Shown here piece after piece: positions 45,000 through 54,405 of a stretch of DNA of 64,000 nt. A program made the translations under genes and the position numbers. This stretch comes from a virus: positions 128,001-192,000 of the IMG/VR virus record IMGVR_UViG_3300017991_000049. One strand, written 5' to 3'. The first letter of the stretch is position 1; each line of letters opens with the position of its first letter. A model generated the notes under the pieces. That model saw only the letters and a program-made list of their open reading frames with translations. It searched no databases and was not told where the DNA came from.

Positions 45000-45335
45000 T
45001 TACTCCGCTGGTTTGATTGGCTTGGGCGGCGGCTGCTTCGAAGGGCTCGCCTTGTCGAACGACGGCTCGACAGGCTTTGGGGCCTTGTCCACCGACTCAG
45101 CTGACACCTTGCCGGCCGCTGCCGATACCTTGACGGTTTGGCGCACCTTGCGGCCCCGCTTACCGACGACGTGCGTTCGCAGCAATGACTGCGAATACTG
45201 GCCGCGGTAGAAGTACGGGCTGACCACCAGCGTAGCGCCAGGGTGCTGCTCGCTGTTGGCAATTGTCTTGCCGTCAGCGTCGAGGAGCGCCCAGGTACCC
45301 TCTACCGCAGAGGGTGTTTCCATTTTGACTTCCAC
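45000..45335 (-). CDS. Hypothetical protein
   Basis: The ORF is well defined. Confidence 0.35.
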   Translation of the reverse strand: MEVKMETPSAVEGTWALLDADGKTIANSEQHPGATLVVSPYFYRGQYSQSLLRTHVVGKRGRKVRQTVKVSAAAGKVSAESVDKAPKPVEPSFDKASPSKQPPPKPIKPAE

Positions 45336-45336
45336 G

Positions 45337-46098
45337 TTACAGTCCTCTCAGTGATTTGAATTTGTCCAACATGGATTGGTAATCCGGGTTGTCCTTGTGC
45401 TTGAGACGTCCGATATCGCCAGCAATGACGGCATGACCCATCTCGACAACCGGCGGACGCGCTGGGCGCTCAACGAAATGCGGGCGCCCGCCCTGCGCTT
45501 TGGCTGGGCGGATCTCCCAGCGCCCCTTGTTCGTGTCGGCGCAGAACACCGTCACGGAGATGCGGGCTATGTCCGGTTTCAGGATACTGAAACGTTCCAC
45601 TAGCACTGGGTCGAGCATATCGACCGTGCCGGTGAACGTCTGCGCGTACAGCTTCTTCCTATGATCCACCGTTGCCACGCCGTCGAGGAAGCTCTTGAGA
45701 GAGTCCCAATACTCGTGGCGACAGGCGCAGATCACGTGGCCCCAGGTGAGCGGGCCAACATGGATAGGAGAGTTCAGCCCGTCGAACAGCAGCGTCTTGA
45801 ACGGCTGCTGGATGATCTCAGTGCCGATCGGCTGGGCTGCATACCAATCAGCTACAGGGTCGTTCTTGGGGTACTCCATCCCGCAGTACGTGAACAGCGC
45901 GCCGTGGTTGAAGAAGTGCCAATCATCGACCAGCTCGCTCAGCGCGAATTTGGACACGTCCGTAGGTACGGGCGTGCCTTCCGCGCTTACGATACGTGTG
46001 CTGCCAGCCGGTACGGGCAGGTCGCCTTTGTGCGTTACCTTGCCAGTCGGCTTGATCTGGGCACCGCCCATGATCCGTTGCATCTCGTCTTCTAGCAT
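45337..46098 (-). CDS. Hypothetical protein
   Basis: A GGAGGA ribosome-binding site lies upstream and overlaps the 3' end of the tRNA-like element. Confidence 0.45.
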   Translation of the reverse strand: MLEDEMQRIMGGAQIKPTGKVTHKGDLPVPAGSTRIVSAEGTPVPTDVSKFALSELVDDWHFFNHGALFTYCGMEYPKNDPVADWYAAQPIGTEIIQQPFKTLLFDGLNSPIHVGPLTWGHVICACRHEYWDSLKSFLDGVATVDHRKKLYAQTFTGTVDMLDPVLVERFSILKPDIARISVTVFCADTNKGRWEIRPAKAQGGRPHFVERPARPPVVEMGHAVIAGDIGRLKHKDNPDYQSMLDKFKSLRGL

Positions 46099-46112
46099 TT
46101 AGCTGTCCTCCA

Positions 46113-46185
46113 AAGGCACCAGCAGGGTATCGAACCCTGACAGTTGGGGCTATGTAACCCCTGTCGCCACCACCATGGTGCAGAT
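46113..46185 (-). other. tRNA-like structured element (T-arm GGGTTCGATACCC plus acceptor-like 3' end); non-canonical
   Basis: The minus strand reads GCACCATGGTGGTGGCGACAGGGGTTACATAGCCCCAACTGTCAGGGTTCGATACCCTGCTGGTGCC. The T-loop consensus is clear, but the D-arm is too short for a canonical cloverleaf. Confidence 0.3.
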
Positions 46186-46228
46186 GCCCGGCCACCGGGT
46201 TGGCCTAGAAAGCGGAGTCTGACGACAT

Positions 46229-46951
46229 TTACACCAACTGAGCGCGCTCAACCAGCGTCTTGACCGTTTCGGCCTGTCGCAGGGAGCTGGTCGCCAACTC
46301 CTCCGCAGTCGTCTCCACATTGTAGTATCGAAGGAGACTGTAAAGGTCCAAGTCCTTCTGATCGTTGGATGGCAAAAGGACGTCGAACGGATCATATACA
46401 CCAACAGGATTATGCCAGAGCTTGACGGGCACTACAACCCGCTCGGCGTCCGTAACCTGTGTATTCCGATGGAGTACCTCGGCCGCTGCGATGCGCAGGA
46501 CCTGCTTCAAGTTGAACCCGAACAACGAGGCGTCGGGGTCTGCGTCTCCGTACCGAAGCGACGTGGCGAATTGCCGCGGATACGCTTCACGGAGGAAATT
46601 GATGAGCGGCAGCGCCACTCGCGCGCGGCTGAGTTCCCCGGTCTTCAGCACCTGCGTGTACACACATGTGCCGTCCTTGTCGAGGATGACTGCCGAGGCC
46701 AACACGCCGACCATTGGCCGATGCGCATGATTCTCATAGGCGTCGTCGCTTGGGACGACACTGCCCGCAAATCCGAGCGGCGGGAACTTCATGTGTTCCT
46801 CGCGCTCGCCACGTACCTTGGCGATGTGGTTGTCGATAGTCGCTTGCTTCGACATCGTGCCAGGTACTTTGATTGGCCCGAAGAAGGTCGAGCCGTCCTT
46901 GGCGCCCACTATGGTCGCCCCGAAATAGAGTGCTTCGCTAGGCAAGTTCAT
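46229..46951 (-). CDS. Hypothetical protein
   Basis: A GAGGAGG ribosome-binding site lies upstream, and motif copy 9 is about 12 nt upstream of the start. Confidence 0.45.
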   Translation of the reverse strand: MNLPSEALYFGATIVGAKDGSTFFGPIKVPGTMSKQATIDNHIAKVRGEREEHMKFPPLGFAGSVVPSDDAYENHAHRPMVGVLASAVILDKDGTCVYTQVLKTGELSRARVALPLINFLREAYPRQFATSLRYGDADPDASLFGFNLKQVLRIAAAEVLHRNTQVTDAERVVVPVKLWHNPVGVYDPFDVLLPSNDQKDLDLYSLLRYYNVETTAEELATSSLRQAETVKTLVERAQLV

Positions 46952-46963
46952 GCCTCCTCAATC

Positions 46964-46979
46964 TTGATCATGAGATCAA
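46964..46979 (-). promoter_or_regulatory. Conserved 16-bp motif (copy 9)
   Basis: The sense strand reads TTGATCTCATGATCAA. Confidence 0.45.
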
Positions 46980-46986
46980 ATTCCGT

Positions 46987-47463
46987 TTAGGTGTCGAACA
47001 CCGACAGCGCAACTTCTGGCGCTTCTGGCATATGCGTACGGTGGGCGTCCAGCGCGCTCTTCTCGAGGTTGAAACGCGCGCACAGATCGCTGATGATGCT
47101 CTGCCGTACGAGTTCAAACGTGTCCTCAGGCACCAACAATAAATGTCCGGTCTCGTTGCATTTCGGACACGGGACAGCGGCATTACGGTCGTCCGGATCG
47201 TCCACAAGCGCGTGACCGTCGCAGTGTTCACACATACGTAGAAGCGGACCCAAGCGCTTTTCGACCAGCCTGCGCGCAGCACCCATTTGCTCTGTGGCAA
47301 ACTTGGCGTTGATACCGTAACGGCTCTTCCAGCGACTAACTAAGTACCAGATGCCGCCACCTGACCAATAGTAGCTGGCGGCGTCTGCACCACAGTCCGG
47401 GCAATTACGGCCAGCCGACACGACGCCACACGCACAATCATATTCAAACATCCGTATGCTCAT
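46987..47463 (-). CDS. Zinc-ribbon protein
   Basis: The product has 'CACG…CPDCG' and 'CEHCDGH…CPKCNETGH'. Confidence 0.4.
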   Translation of the reverse strand: MSIRMFEYDCACGVVSAGRNCPDCGADAASYYWSGGGIWYLVSRWKSRYGINAKFATEQMGAARRLVEKRLGPLLRMCEHCDGHALVDDPDDRNAAVPCPKCNETGHLLLVPEDTFELVRQSIISDLCARFNLEKSALDAHRTHMPEAPEVALSVFDT

Positions 47464-47484
47464 CGCACGCTCCTTCGTACAGGG

Positions 47485-48102
47485 TTAGATTCCGTCCTTG
47501 TAATGGCTGATTGCCATGTCACAGATATGCATCGCGTCCGCGATGTTGTCGGCGCCCGACTTCTCGTAGTCCACCGGGTCCAGCTTAACACCGAACCTCT
47601 CATTGGCAGCCTCGATCATCTGTACCTTGTTGGCATTGCCTTTGCCCGTTGCGTGCTTTTTGATCGTACCGATCGCATAGCCCGTAGCCGGGACGTCGTG
47701 CTCTTCCGCCCAGGTGCAGAGCGTGATCTTGAAACCGCCTAGAAGCTCGGCTGCCGTGGCGATGCGCGCCACGATCATGCCGATACGCTTGCCGCCGAAA
47801 CCCTTGATGTCCGGCGAAAACTTCACGTCCTCGAATGCTAGCAGGTCGGGTTTGAGCACCGACAAGAACTGCTTGAGGCGGACGTGGCGCAGAGGCCCTG
47901 TGTCGTAGGGCCCTACAGATAGGTCCAGCTGGCCCGCCACGATGCGGGCCTTGCGTGCTGGATCCTTTGGGTCGATATCCGCCCAAGCCACGCCGCAGTT
48001 GGTGCCTAGGTCGACACCAACGATACGGCGTTTATGGGCTGGAAGACCCCTGACGGCCTCAGTGAGATCGTCGGGGTCGTGGTACTGCTGAATCTTAGGC
48101 AT
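47485..48102 (-). CDS. RuvC-like Holliday-junction resolvase
   Basis: 'RIVGVDLGTNCGVAWADID' resembles the RuvC 'ILGIDPGSRVTGYGV' motif. The C-terminal 'ADNIADAMHICDMAISHY' resembles RuvC 'ADAADALA'. The start is at 48102. Confidence 0.6.
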   Translation of the reverse strand: MPKIQQYHDPDDLTEAVRGLPAHKRRIVGVDLGTNCGVAWADIDPKDPARKARIVAGQLDLSVGPYDTGPLRHVRLKQFLSVLKPDLLAFEDVKFSPDIKGFGGKRIGMIVARIATAAELLGGFKITLCTWAEEHDVPATGYAIGTIKKHATGKGNANKVQMIEAANERFGVKLDPVDYEKSGADNIADAMHICDMAISHYKDGI

Positions 48103-49021
48103 TGCCTGCAGATACGCCCTTTCGCGCACAACAGCGCGCTGCGTGCGCGTCGTACAACTCACGAAACATATCGCGAAGCACAGGACCGGTGTTCCTCTCG
48201 TCGATGGCCTTCGCCCTGTCGCGCAGTTTCCTCGGATCATGCGCACATAGCGCAGTAACGAGCATATCGCGCTTCGCTTTCTCGGCGAATACGAATGGTT
48301 GCTCCTGCAACACACCGCCGATAGCCGAGAATATGACGCCTGGCACCTCGCCTTTGAGTTTCGGCCACGCGCCGCGCAGAACCTCGACGGTATATCGCAA
48401 CAGTTTCGGCGAACCGCCGTTTGGTTTCAAATCGAAGAGCTTCTCGATGTAGCTGAGCGCGTTGATCCGCACCCAACCTTTTCCGAGATTCAGCCGGGGC
48501 GCGTTGATGACGCACCGCTGTTTAGCCAAGATCCTATGGATGGCTACGCAGCGCATATTACCCGCACGCACCTGTTCGTGGAACCACTTGCCGTCCCGCT
48601 TCGCGCCGGTCGACGCCGCTTGGTCTTCACACGCAACAGCCGCAGTCGCGTACTGCTCATCGGCCTCCTGCAACAGCCGACAAAGACTTTCCTCGTAGGC
48701 ACGGCCTGTAGACGTGTACATAATGCACGGCAATTGTAGGCCCTCGGCGCGTGCTGCTAACACAGCCTCAGGATGCCGCACCACATGGGCCGAAACGTCG
48801 GCGCGCAGACATACAGCCGGCAACGGCCAGGCTGTTACATCCAGTGTGCGCAGCACGTCGACCGCACTCTGTGGTACCTCCGGTAGATAGTCGTCCAGCT
48901 GCAACGCCGAAGCGTCGAAACTGTGCACTAGGCGATCAAGCCATAGCTTGCTTGCTACAGCGGCGGGTGCCGCCGCTTTGTCAGCTACTGATTGCGCCGA
49001 CCCGTTACACGAATCGCTCAT
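48095..49021 (-). CDS. Hypothetical protein
   Basis: The ORF is well defined. Confidence 0.4.
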   Translation of the reverse strand: MSDSCNGSAQSVADKAAAPAAVASKLWLDRLVHSFDASALQLDDYLPEVPQSAVDVLRTLDVTAWPLPAVCLRADVSAHVVRHPEAVLAARAEGLQLPCIMYTSTGRAYEESLCRLLQEADEQYATAAVACEDQAASTGAKRDGKWFHEQVRAGNMRCVAIHRILAKQRCVINAPRLNLGKGWVRINALSYIEKLFDLKPNGGSPKLLRYTVEVLRGAWPKLKGEVPGVIFSAIGGVLQEQPFVFAEKAKRDMLVTALCAHDPRKLRDRAKAIDERNTGPVLRDMFRELYDAHAARCCARKGVSAGNA

Positions 49022-49027
49022 CTTGTC

Positions 49028-49780
49028 TCACTTCATTGCGCGGGGCGCTACTCCCGCTAGCTTCTTGTGCTCTTCCATCAGATGGTAGAGCAACAAACTG
49101 TCCACGCCTGCGCTGTGCGCCTGCGAACGATCCACCCCAGCTTTTTCGAACAGCTGATACTGTTCGTCGCAGTAACGATCCAATGCCCACATGACGCCCT
49201 TCCGGCGTAGTGCCCCTATCCGCCATGCAAACTGCTGCAGGGTCTCGCCCGGCAGCGGTAGCGGATCGTCATAGTCTTCCAGCTGACTTGCCTTCTCAGC
49301 GATGCCGGTGTCGTACACCAGCTCCGGGTCGAAGACGAACGGAATGTTGAGCCAGTTATGGAAGTGCGCCTGGAGCAGCTCGATGTCGAACTTCCAGCCG
49401 TTGTGCGCCACGAGGATCTCGCGACGCTCTTCCATGGTCTCGAACATGTCCAGATAGCGCTTGAGCACCTCTAGCGGAGGGCGCCCGAGCGCTTGCAGCC
49501 GGTCCCACGTATGGTAGAACGATTTGCCCTGCGCCTCCATGCCACGCTGTGCGGCCTGGAGTTGCTGCTGGAACTGCAGATGGTCGATGTCCGGGAAGTC
49601 TGGCCAATTCAGCAAGACCTCCGCGTTCTCGACTACCTGACCATCACGAACGATCGTATGCCCGATAACGCAGATTGCGCTACTCTCAGGCCGCAGACCG
49701 TTCGTTTCCAGGTCGACGCAGGTGTAGTTATTCGGGAAACCGAAGCGTCCCGCAAATCGTTCAAACCAATGTGCTGACAT
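49028..49780 (-). CDS. DEDDh 3'-5' exonuclease (DnaQ-like)
   Basis: Exo I is 'CVDLETNGL', Exo II is 'VAHNGWKFDIELL' and Exo III is 'HSAGVDSLLLYHL'. Confidence 0.7.
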   Translation of the reverse strand: MSAHWFERFAGRFGFPNNYTCVDLETNGLRPESSAICVIGHTIVRDGQVVENAEVLLNWPDFPDIDHLQFQQQLQAAQRGMEAQGKSFYHTWDRLQALGRPPLEVLKRYLDMFETMEERREILVAHNGWKFDIELLQAHFHNWLNIPFVFDPELVYDTGIAEKASQLEDYDDPLPLPGETLQQFAWRIGALRRKGVMWALDRYCDEQYQLFEKAGVDRSQAHSAGVDSLLLYHLMEEHKKLAGVAPRAMK

Positions 49781-49802
49781 GATTGATAGCCGCCTAAGCC
49801 GC

Positions 49803-50393
49803 TCAGTCAAAATGTATTGGGTCGTATTGATCCCGTTCCGGGCTGGTGGGCCCTGCAGTGCCGTTCCCAAGAGGGTGGCTGTCTGCTGCATGTCCGTCTT
49901 TCTGGCCGAAAAAGCCTTGGACTGCCTCGTTTACATCGTCCAGGAACTCCTGGAACGCAACTGGAGGATCGGAGTCCGGTCGGGCGACGTCCTTAGCGCC
50001 CGCCCATACAGCAGACAACAAAACCTGACCCAGTCGCGCGTAGAAAAGCATCTGCAACGCGGGCGGCAATTTGTCAAAGCCGACCTTCTCCATCGCGGCG
50101 GGCGGGCTCTCGAGCTTGATGACGAGGTTTAGCGCCTGCGCCAGCATTTTCGGAGCACCGCTCTCCATGATGGATTCATAGGTGATGTCGTGGTCGGCAA
50201 GGAAGTCCTTGAGCCACGGCTCCCACGTATCAGGTTCGAGCGCGTACATCGCGCCCAGAATCATGTTGGGTCCGACGTGTGCGAAATCGCGTTCTGGGTT
50301 GTAGAACGGATCGCGCCCGCCCGCACGGGGCTCCTTACGCCGGATCTGCAACATGTGCCGATGTGGCTTTTTGTTCGCTGGTTCTTCACTCAT
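49803..50393 (-). CDS. Hypothetical protein
   Basis: The ORF is well defined. Confidence 0.4.
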   Translation of the reverse strand: MSEEPANKKPHRHMLQIRRKEPRAGGRDPFYNPERDFAHVGPNMILGAMYALEPDTWEPWLKDFLADHDITYESIMESGAPKMLAQALNLVIKLESPPAAMEKVGFDKLPPALQMLFYARLGQVLLSAVWAGAKDVARPDSDPPVAFQEFLDDVNEAVQGFFGQKDGHAADSHPLGNGTAGPTSPERDQYDPIHFD

Positions 50394-50403
50394 GTGTCTA
50401 ATC

Positions 50404-51132
50404 CTACATAGTGCGATTACCGGTTACAAGCGCCAGCCGCTCAAGCAGCACTTTGTCGACGGTGCGTGGCTGTTTATCCACCACCTCGAAACGTGCCGCG
50501 AACATGTAAGCGCCGCTGTCGCTAGTATACGGCTCAGCGTATCGCAATGAAAGTACACACGTAGGTAACGACAGCCGTGTCAAGGCAGCGAGTGTAGCGC
50601 AGATCTGCGTGACCTCCCCGTCGTACACGTCGCGGATCATGTCTAACGTACCTGTGCGGAAGTTTGTACCCCGGAACAGCGAGGAATCCCGCACATGAGC
50701 CATCAGGCGATTACGACGGAATTGCCGCAGAAATGTTACAGAAACATGTCCGCCGATGCGCATAGCACGCGATAGCTCGCGTTGCATCCACACGCACAGC
50801 GGCGATGTCAAAGCCGTGCACATGTCAAGATAGGCAAACTGTAAAGACCCGGGTCCGCCAAGCTCCAGCCGTTCGAGCTCCATACAGCGCACATCCCAAC
50901 GCGTAAGCCGCATATCTGCAAGCCTCCTACGAATGTGCGGTATGTGCATGCCGAAATGCTCGACGGCCACGCCAGACGTAGCCGAATCTATCCGACCAGT
51001 CCGTAATAAATGCTGTATATCCAGGCATTCAGGGCCCGGCAACGTCAGCATTGCATCCACCTTGTACGGGAGCGCGAGCTGCTCAGCTCGTATGCGCTGC
51101 TTGACTGGGGTGTCCCAGTCCGTCCGTGTCAT
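50404..51132 (-). CDS. Hypothetical protein
   Basis: The start is uncertain. The listed ORF extends to 51255 and overlaps the upstream gene. Confidence 0.3.
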   Translation of the reverse strand: MTRTDWDTPVKQRIRAEQLALPYKVDAMLTLPGPECLDIQHLLRTGRIDSATSGVAVEHFGMHIPHIRRRLADMRLTRWDVRCMELERLELGGPGSLQFAYLDMCTALTSPLCVWMQRELSRAMRIGGHVSVTFLRQFRRNRLMAHVRDSSLFRGTNFRTGTLDMIRDVYDGEVTQICATLAALTRLSLPTCVLSLRYAEPYTSDSGAYMFAARFEVVDKQPRTVDKVLLERLALVTGNRTM

Positions 51133-51904
51133 GATCGACACGCGTGCGCTCCTCGAAGACGTGTGACCAATATCGGGTATCGGTCTTGTCGTGCTCTTGG
51201 TCCCAGATGACATGCCTTGCCATCGCTGACGGTACACCGTATTTGGCGCACGCATTCAACCAGTGATCTTCGATCTCGTGGTAGCGTGTGGCCGTCAGCT
51301 TGCCTTTGCCAATACCGTACCATCGCGCTACGTGCGTATCGATCGCCACAACTTCGCACTCGCGCGGCCAGCACATCTCATGGGCGAACGAGATCGTCTT
51401 CAATCCCATCCACGTCATCCGCTTGTTGTTGTCGTTGTCGGTGATCTCCTCCAGGCGGTCGCGCCAGCCTGTCCACGGCAAGTGTGAGCGCCCCACCTCA
51501 GCGGGGCTGCCCAGAACACGTGGACCGCATTCGTCGCGCGCCAACGTAGTGATGCACCAGGCAGCCTGTGCCTTGGCGCTATGAAGACCGATACCGCCAG
51601 CAACCAGCAACTCCTCCAGCTCCGACAACGACGACCACGGCATAGACATCACGAGCTTGTAGGCTCTGACGTTCTGCTCCCAACCAGTATTGATCGCCAT
51701 AGTGGCGAACACCCACCGCTGCCAGCGTTCGTGGAGCGTCTGCGGCGCAATGGATTCCCAGTATTCGAGATAGCGGGCTACGACCTGCGGGTCGAGGTTT
51801 TTGATGCGGTCAGCTACTGCTGCCTTACTCCCCAATTCCATATCCGGCCTCCGGGTGTCGCTCGCGCCATATTTCGAGAAGCTGCTCGTCCGTATAGCCG
51901 CCAA
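51083..51904 (-). CDS. HhH-GPD superfamily DNA glycosylase (EndoIII/AlkA-like)
   Basis: The HhH-like motif is 'MGLKTISFAHEMCWPRECEVVAIDTHVARWYG'. The downstream 'EIEDHWL' resembles the catalytic Asp region of EndoIII. Confidence 0.5.
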   Translation of the reverse strand: MAAIRTSSFSKYGASDTRRPDMELGSKAAVADRIKNLDPQVVARYLEYWESIAPQTLHERWQRWVFATMAINTGWEQNVRAYKLVMSMPWSSLSELEELLVAGGIGLHSAKAQAAWCITTLARDECGPRVLGSPAEVGRSHLPWTGWRDRLEEITDNDNNKRMTWMGLKTISFAHEMCWPRECEVVAIDTHVARWYGIGKGKLTATRYHEIEDHWLNACAKYGVPSAMARHVIWDQEHDKTDTRYWSHVFEERTRVDHDTDGLGHPSQAAHTS

Positions 51905-52712
51905 TCTTGGTGTCGTACTGCTGCATCTTCATGCCCTTGATCTCGAGCAATCCGTCGACTTCTTCCTCAACGGCGTCGGCGACCAACAGCGGGTACCGCT
52001 GTTTCATGATGCGGTAGACGTCGTTGAACACCAGGCGGATTTCCCGCTCGGCGTACCGCGACGTGCGCATCATTAGGATATGTCGCAATGCCCGTAGATT
52101 GGCCGACCAGCCGATCTCGTTGGCTTGGCCGTTCGGGGCGATTCTGCGCAGCGCAGATGTGATCTTCTTCTTCAACGCGAACGCCATCGTGTCGTCGGTC
52201 GACAGCCCTGTCTTATTGGCCATACGCTTATAGGCCTTCTGGATCTTCTTGACGATCGCCTTGATCTCGTCCTCGACGCACTCCAACAGCGGATCGCTGA
52301 TGAAGTCGATCTTGTCGATCCGGCAGTAACGCCCCGACGTCTGGCTGAAAGCCACGCCGATGCGGTGACGGACGAACTCGTGGGTCATTACCCGGCTGCA
52401 ATTCGTGGTGACGAAGTTGAACCAGATATGCTCGAAGACCGACCCGTGGCCCGTCTCGAAGCAGTTCTCGATGTTGTTCTTGACGTCGCGGACACGGGAG
52501 ACATTCGCGTTCTTCCCTAGTACCAGTGACTTGTAGCACAACTTCGCGTAGAAGGCGATCATCGCCTCTTCGGGGGTCAAGCCGTCGTGTACGGCTTCGT
52601 TGTATGACTTCAGAAAGTCTTCCTGACCAGTGGCCTGCAGATAAGCATGCAGCCCCTCCTCGTCGACCGATGTGTGGCCGATAAGGAAGGTCTGCGGGGT
52701 TACGAACTTCAA
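51825..52712 (-). CDS. thyX: Flavin-dependent thymidylate synthase ThyX
   Basis: The product carries 'FVRHRIGVAFSQTSGRY', which is the RHRxxxxxxxS ThyX signature. Confidence 0.75.
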   Translation of the reverse strand: MKFVTPQTFLIGHTSVDEEGLHAYLQATGQEDFLKSYNEAVHDGLTPEEAMIAFYAKLCYKSLVLGKNANVSRVRDVKNNIENCFETGHGSVFEHIWFNFVTTNCSRVMTHEFVRHRIGVAFSQTSGRYCRIDKIDFISDPLLECVEDEIKAIVKKIQKAYKRMANKTGLSTDDTMAFALKKKITSALRRIAPNGQANEIGWSANLRALRHILMMRTSRYAEREIRLVFNDVYRIMKQRYPLLVADAVEEEVDGLLEIKGMKMQQYDTKIGGYTDEQLLEIWRERHPEAGYGIGE

Positions 52713-53165
52713 CTAGTCCTCCATTTTGTCAATGAACAGTATTCCGTCGAGATGGTCGATCTCGTGCTGGATGACCCTGGCGGCCATACCAGTCAACGAC
52801 CCCACGAAGCGGACGCCGTTTAGCTGCCAGGCTGTAACGTGCACCTTGGCGGCACGGCGCACCATACCGAATTCGTGTGGCACGCTCAGGCAGCCCTCCA
52901 TCTCTCTTGTTATGCCGCCTCGGCGGCGTTCGATAACTGGGTTGATGAGTATCAGCTCACATTCCGTGCTTCGCGGATTGGCTTCGCTGTTCATCACCAG
53001 CACGCGCTCGGTGAGCCCGACCTGTGGGGCAGAGACCCCGTAGGCCTTCTTCTCGTACATCAGCTCGCGCATTTCTTCGAGCTGTTCGCGCAGCTTCATC
53101 GTAACTGTCTCCACGGGAGTACACACGACACGTAGCGCTTCATTCGGATGGATTAGGATTTCCAT
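52713..53165 (-). CDS. def: Peptide deformylase
   Basis: Motif 1 is 'GVSAPQVG', motif 2 is 'EGCLSVP' and motif 3 is 'QHEIDHLDG'. Confidence 0.85.
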   Translation of the reverse strand: MEILIHPNEALRVVCTPVETVTMKLREQLEEMRELMYEKKAYGVSAPQVGLTERVLVMNSEANPRSTECELILINPVIERRRGGITREMEGCLSVPHEFGMVRRAAKVHVTAWQLNGVRFVGSLTGMAARVIQHEIDHLDGILFIDKMED

Positions 53166-53656
53166 TAGCTGGCGGCCTCCGCTGCTTCTGATTCTTCTTC
53201 GCGCAGTTTGATACGCCGAGGCGCACGCTCCGCTAGCTCGGGCGGTGGCGTTTCGCCTGCGGCCACGTACAGATCGGCGTCACGCAACGCCGTCACTTCG
53301 TCGACGTAATCCTGCAGCGTTTCGAGCATGTACTGCGTGATATGCGCCTCCGCCTGCTCGCGAAAACGATCCCATATTTCTTTGGCGCGCTCGCCGAAAC
53401 TGTCGACGCGGTACCGCGCTTTAGTTTCGATGGCGCCGCTGGCATAGAAGCGCATAATATCGGAGCCATCGGTACGGCAGATCGACGTAGCTTTGCCCGG
53501 ATCCTTCCAGCGCGCCAGGAGCCGCGTGAATACGTCGAGCAGCTCCTCGTCCCAGTGGTACAGCTCCTGCTCAGCCTTGCGCGCCTTAATCTCCTCGTTA
53601 AGCCTTTCGTGCTCTTCGCTTGTCATAGGCATTATACATGCGGTCCCTCGGGACAC
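53165..53656 (-). CDS. Hypothetical acidic protein
   Basis: The ORF is well defined. Confidence 0.4.
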   Translation of the reverse strand: MSRGTACIMPMTSEEHERLNEEIKARKAEQELYHWDEELLDVFTRLLARWKDPGKATSICRTDGSDIMRFYASGAIETKARYRVDSFGERAKEIWDRFREQAEAHITQYMLETLQDYVDEVTALRDADLYVAAGETPPPELAERAPRRIKLREEESEAAEAAS

Positions 53657-54405
53657 TCCTCCTCTGCGAGAACCTCGTACATGTCACGGCCCCAGAAACT
53701 CGGAGTAAAGGGCCACAAGTTACACGTATCCGGCACACGGTCTTTGACCATCTCCGGACGCGTACGTGAGAGCGGTTTCTCGGCACCCGTCCATTCGGTG
53801 CCTAGGAACTCGCACACTTTCTGCATCGTACCCTGGTAATCGAGCATCAGCTCTTGGTACGTCACGATGGCGCGTGCCCATGGCATCCCGGTCACCATCT
53901 GCCAGAACGCGCCAGTCCGATTCACAAACTCAGCGCAGTTCTTCTCGTTGAAGATCGGTGTCTGTGACGCCAGCGGCCCCTCATCTAGCGTGCGCACCCA
54001 CACGTTGTCCGCCATGCAGACGCAGTTGGAGATGTACACAGCCATCGGGTTGCGCGACATGACCACTACTTTCATGTCAGTGTCGCCCAACGCCAGCGGT
54101 ACGATTTCCGGGCGCTTATAGAACGACGCGTCGATGATCTTGTAGCCATAGTGCGTCTCGCAGTCCTGTGCGAGTGCAGGCAGCACCTTGTCGTTGAACC
54201 ATGCAGACTCCGCTTGCGGCGCCAGCGGTACGCCGCCCTCTAACGGTACGCCTTCTTGCTCACACGCGACAATACGGTGGGTGTTGTTCGGGTTGAACAG
54301 CTCACGCCAGCACATGCGTACGCCCGGGACCTGATTCAGCGATGCTGCCATCAGCGTCGTCCCCGACCTCGCCATCCCGATCACCGCTATCTTCTGCTTC
54401 GGCAT
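53632..54405 (-). CDS. Sulfotransferase-domain protein
   Basis: The N-terminal 'IAVIGMARSGTTLM' is a 5'-PSB motif. Confidence 0.5.
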   Translation of the reverse strand: MPKQKIAVIGMARSGTTLMAASLNQVPGVRMCWRELFNPNNTHRIVACEQEGVPLEGGVPLAPQAESAWFNDKVLPALAQDCETHYGYKIIDASFYKRPEIVPLALGDTDMKVVVMSRNPMAVYISNCVCMADNVWVRTLDEGPLASQTPIFNEKNCAEFVNRTGAFWQMVTGMPWARAIVTYQELMLDYQGTMQKVCEFLGTEWTGAEKPLSRTRPEMVKDRVPDTCNLWPFTPSFWGRDMYEVLAEEECPEGPHV

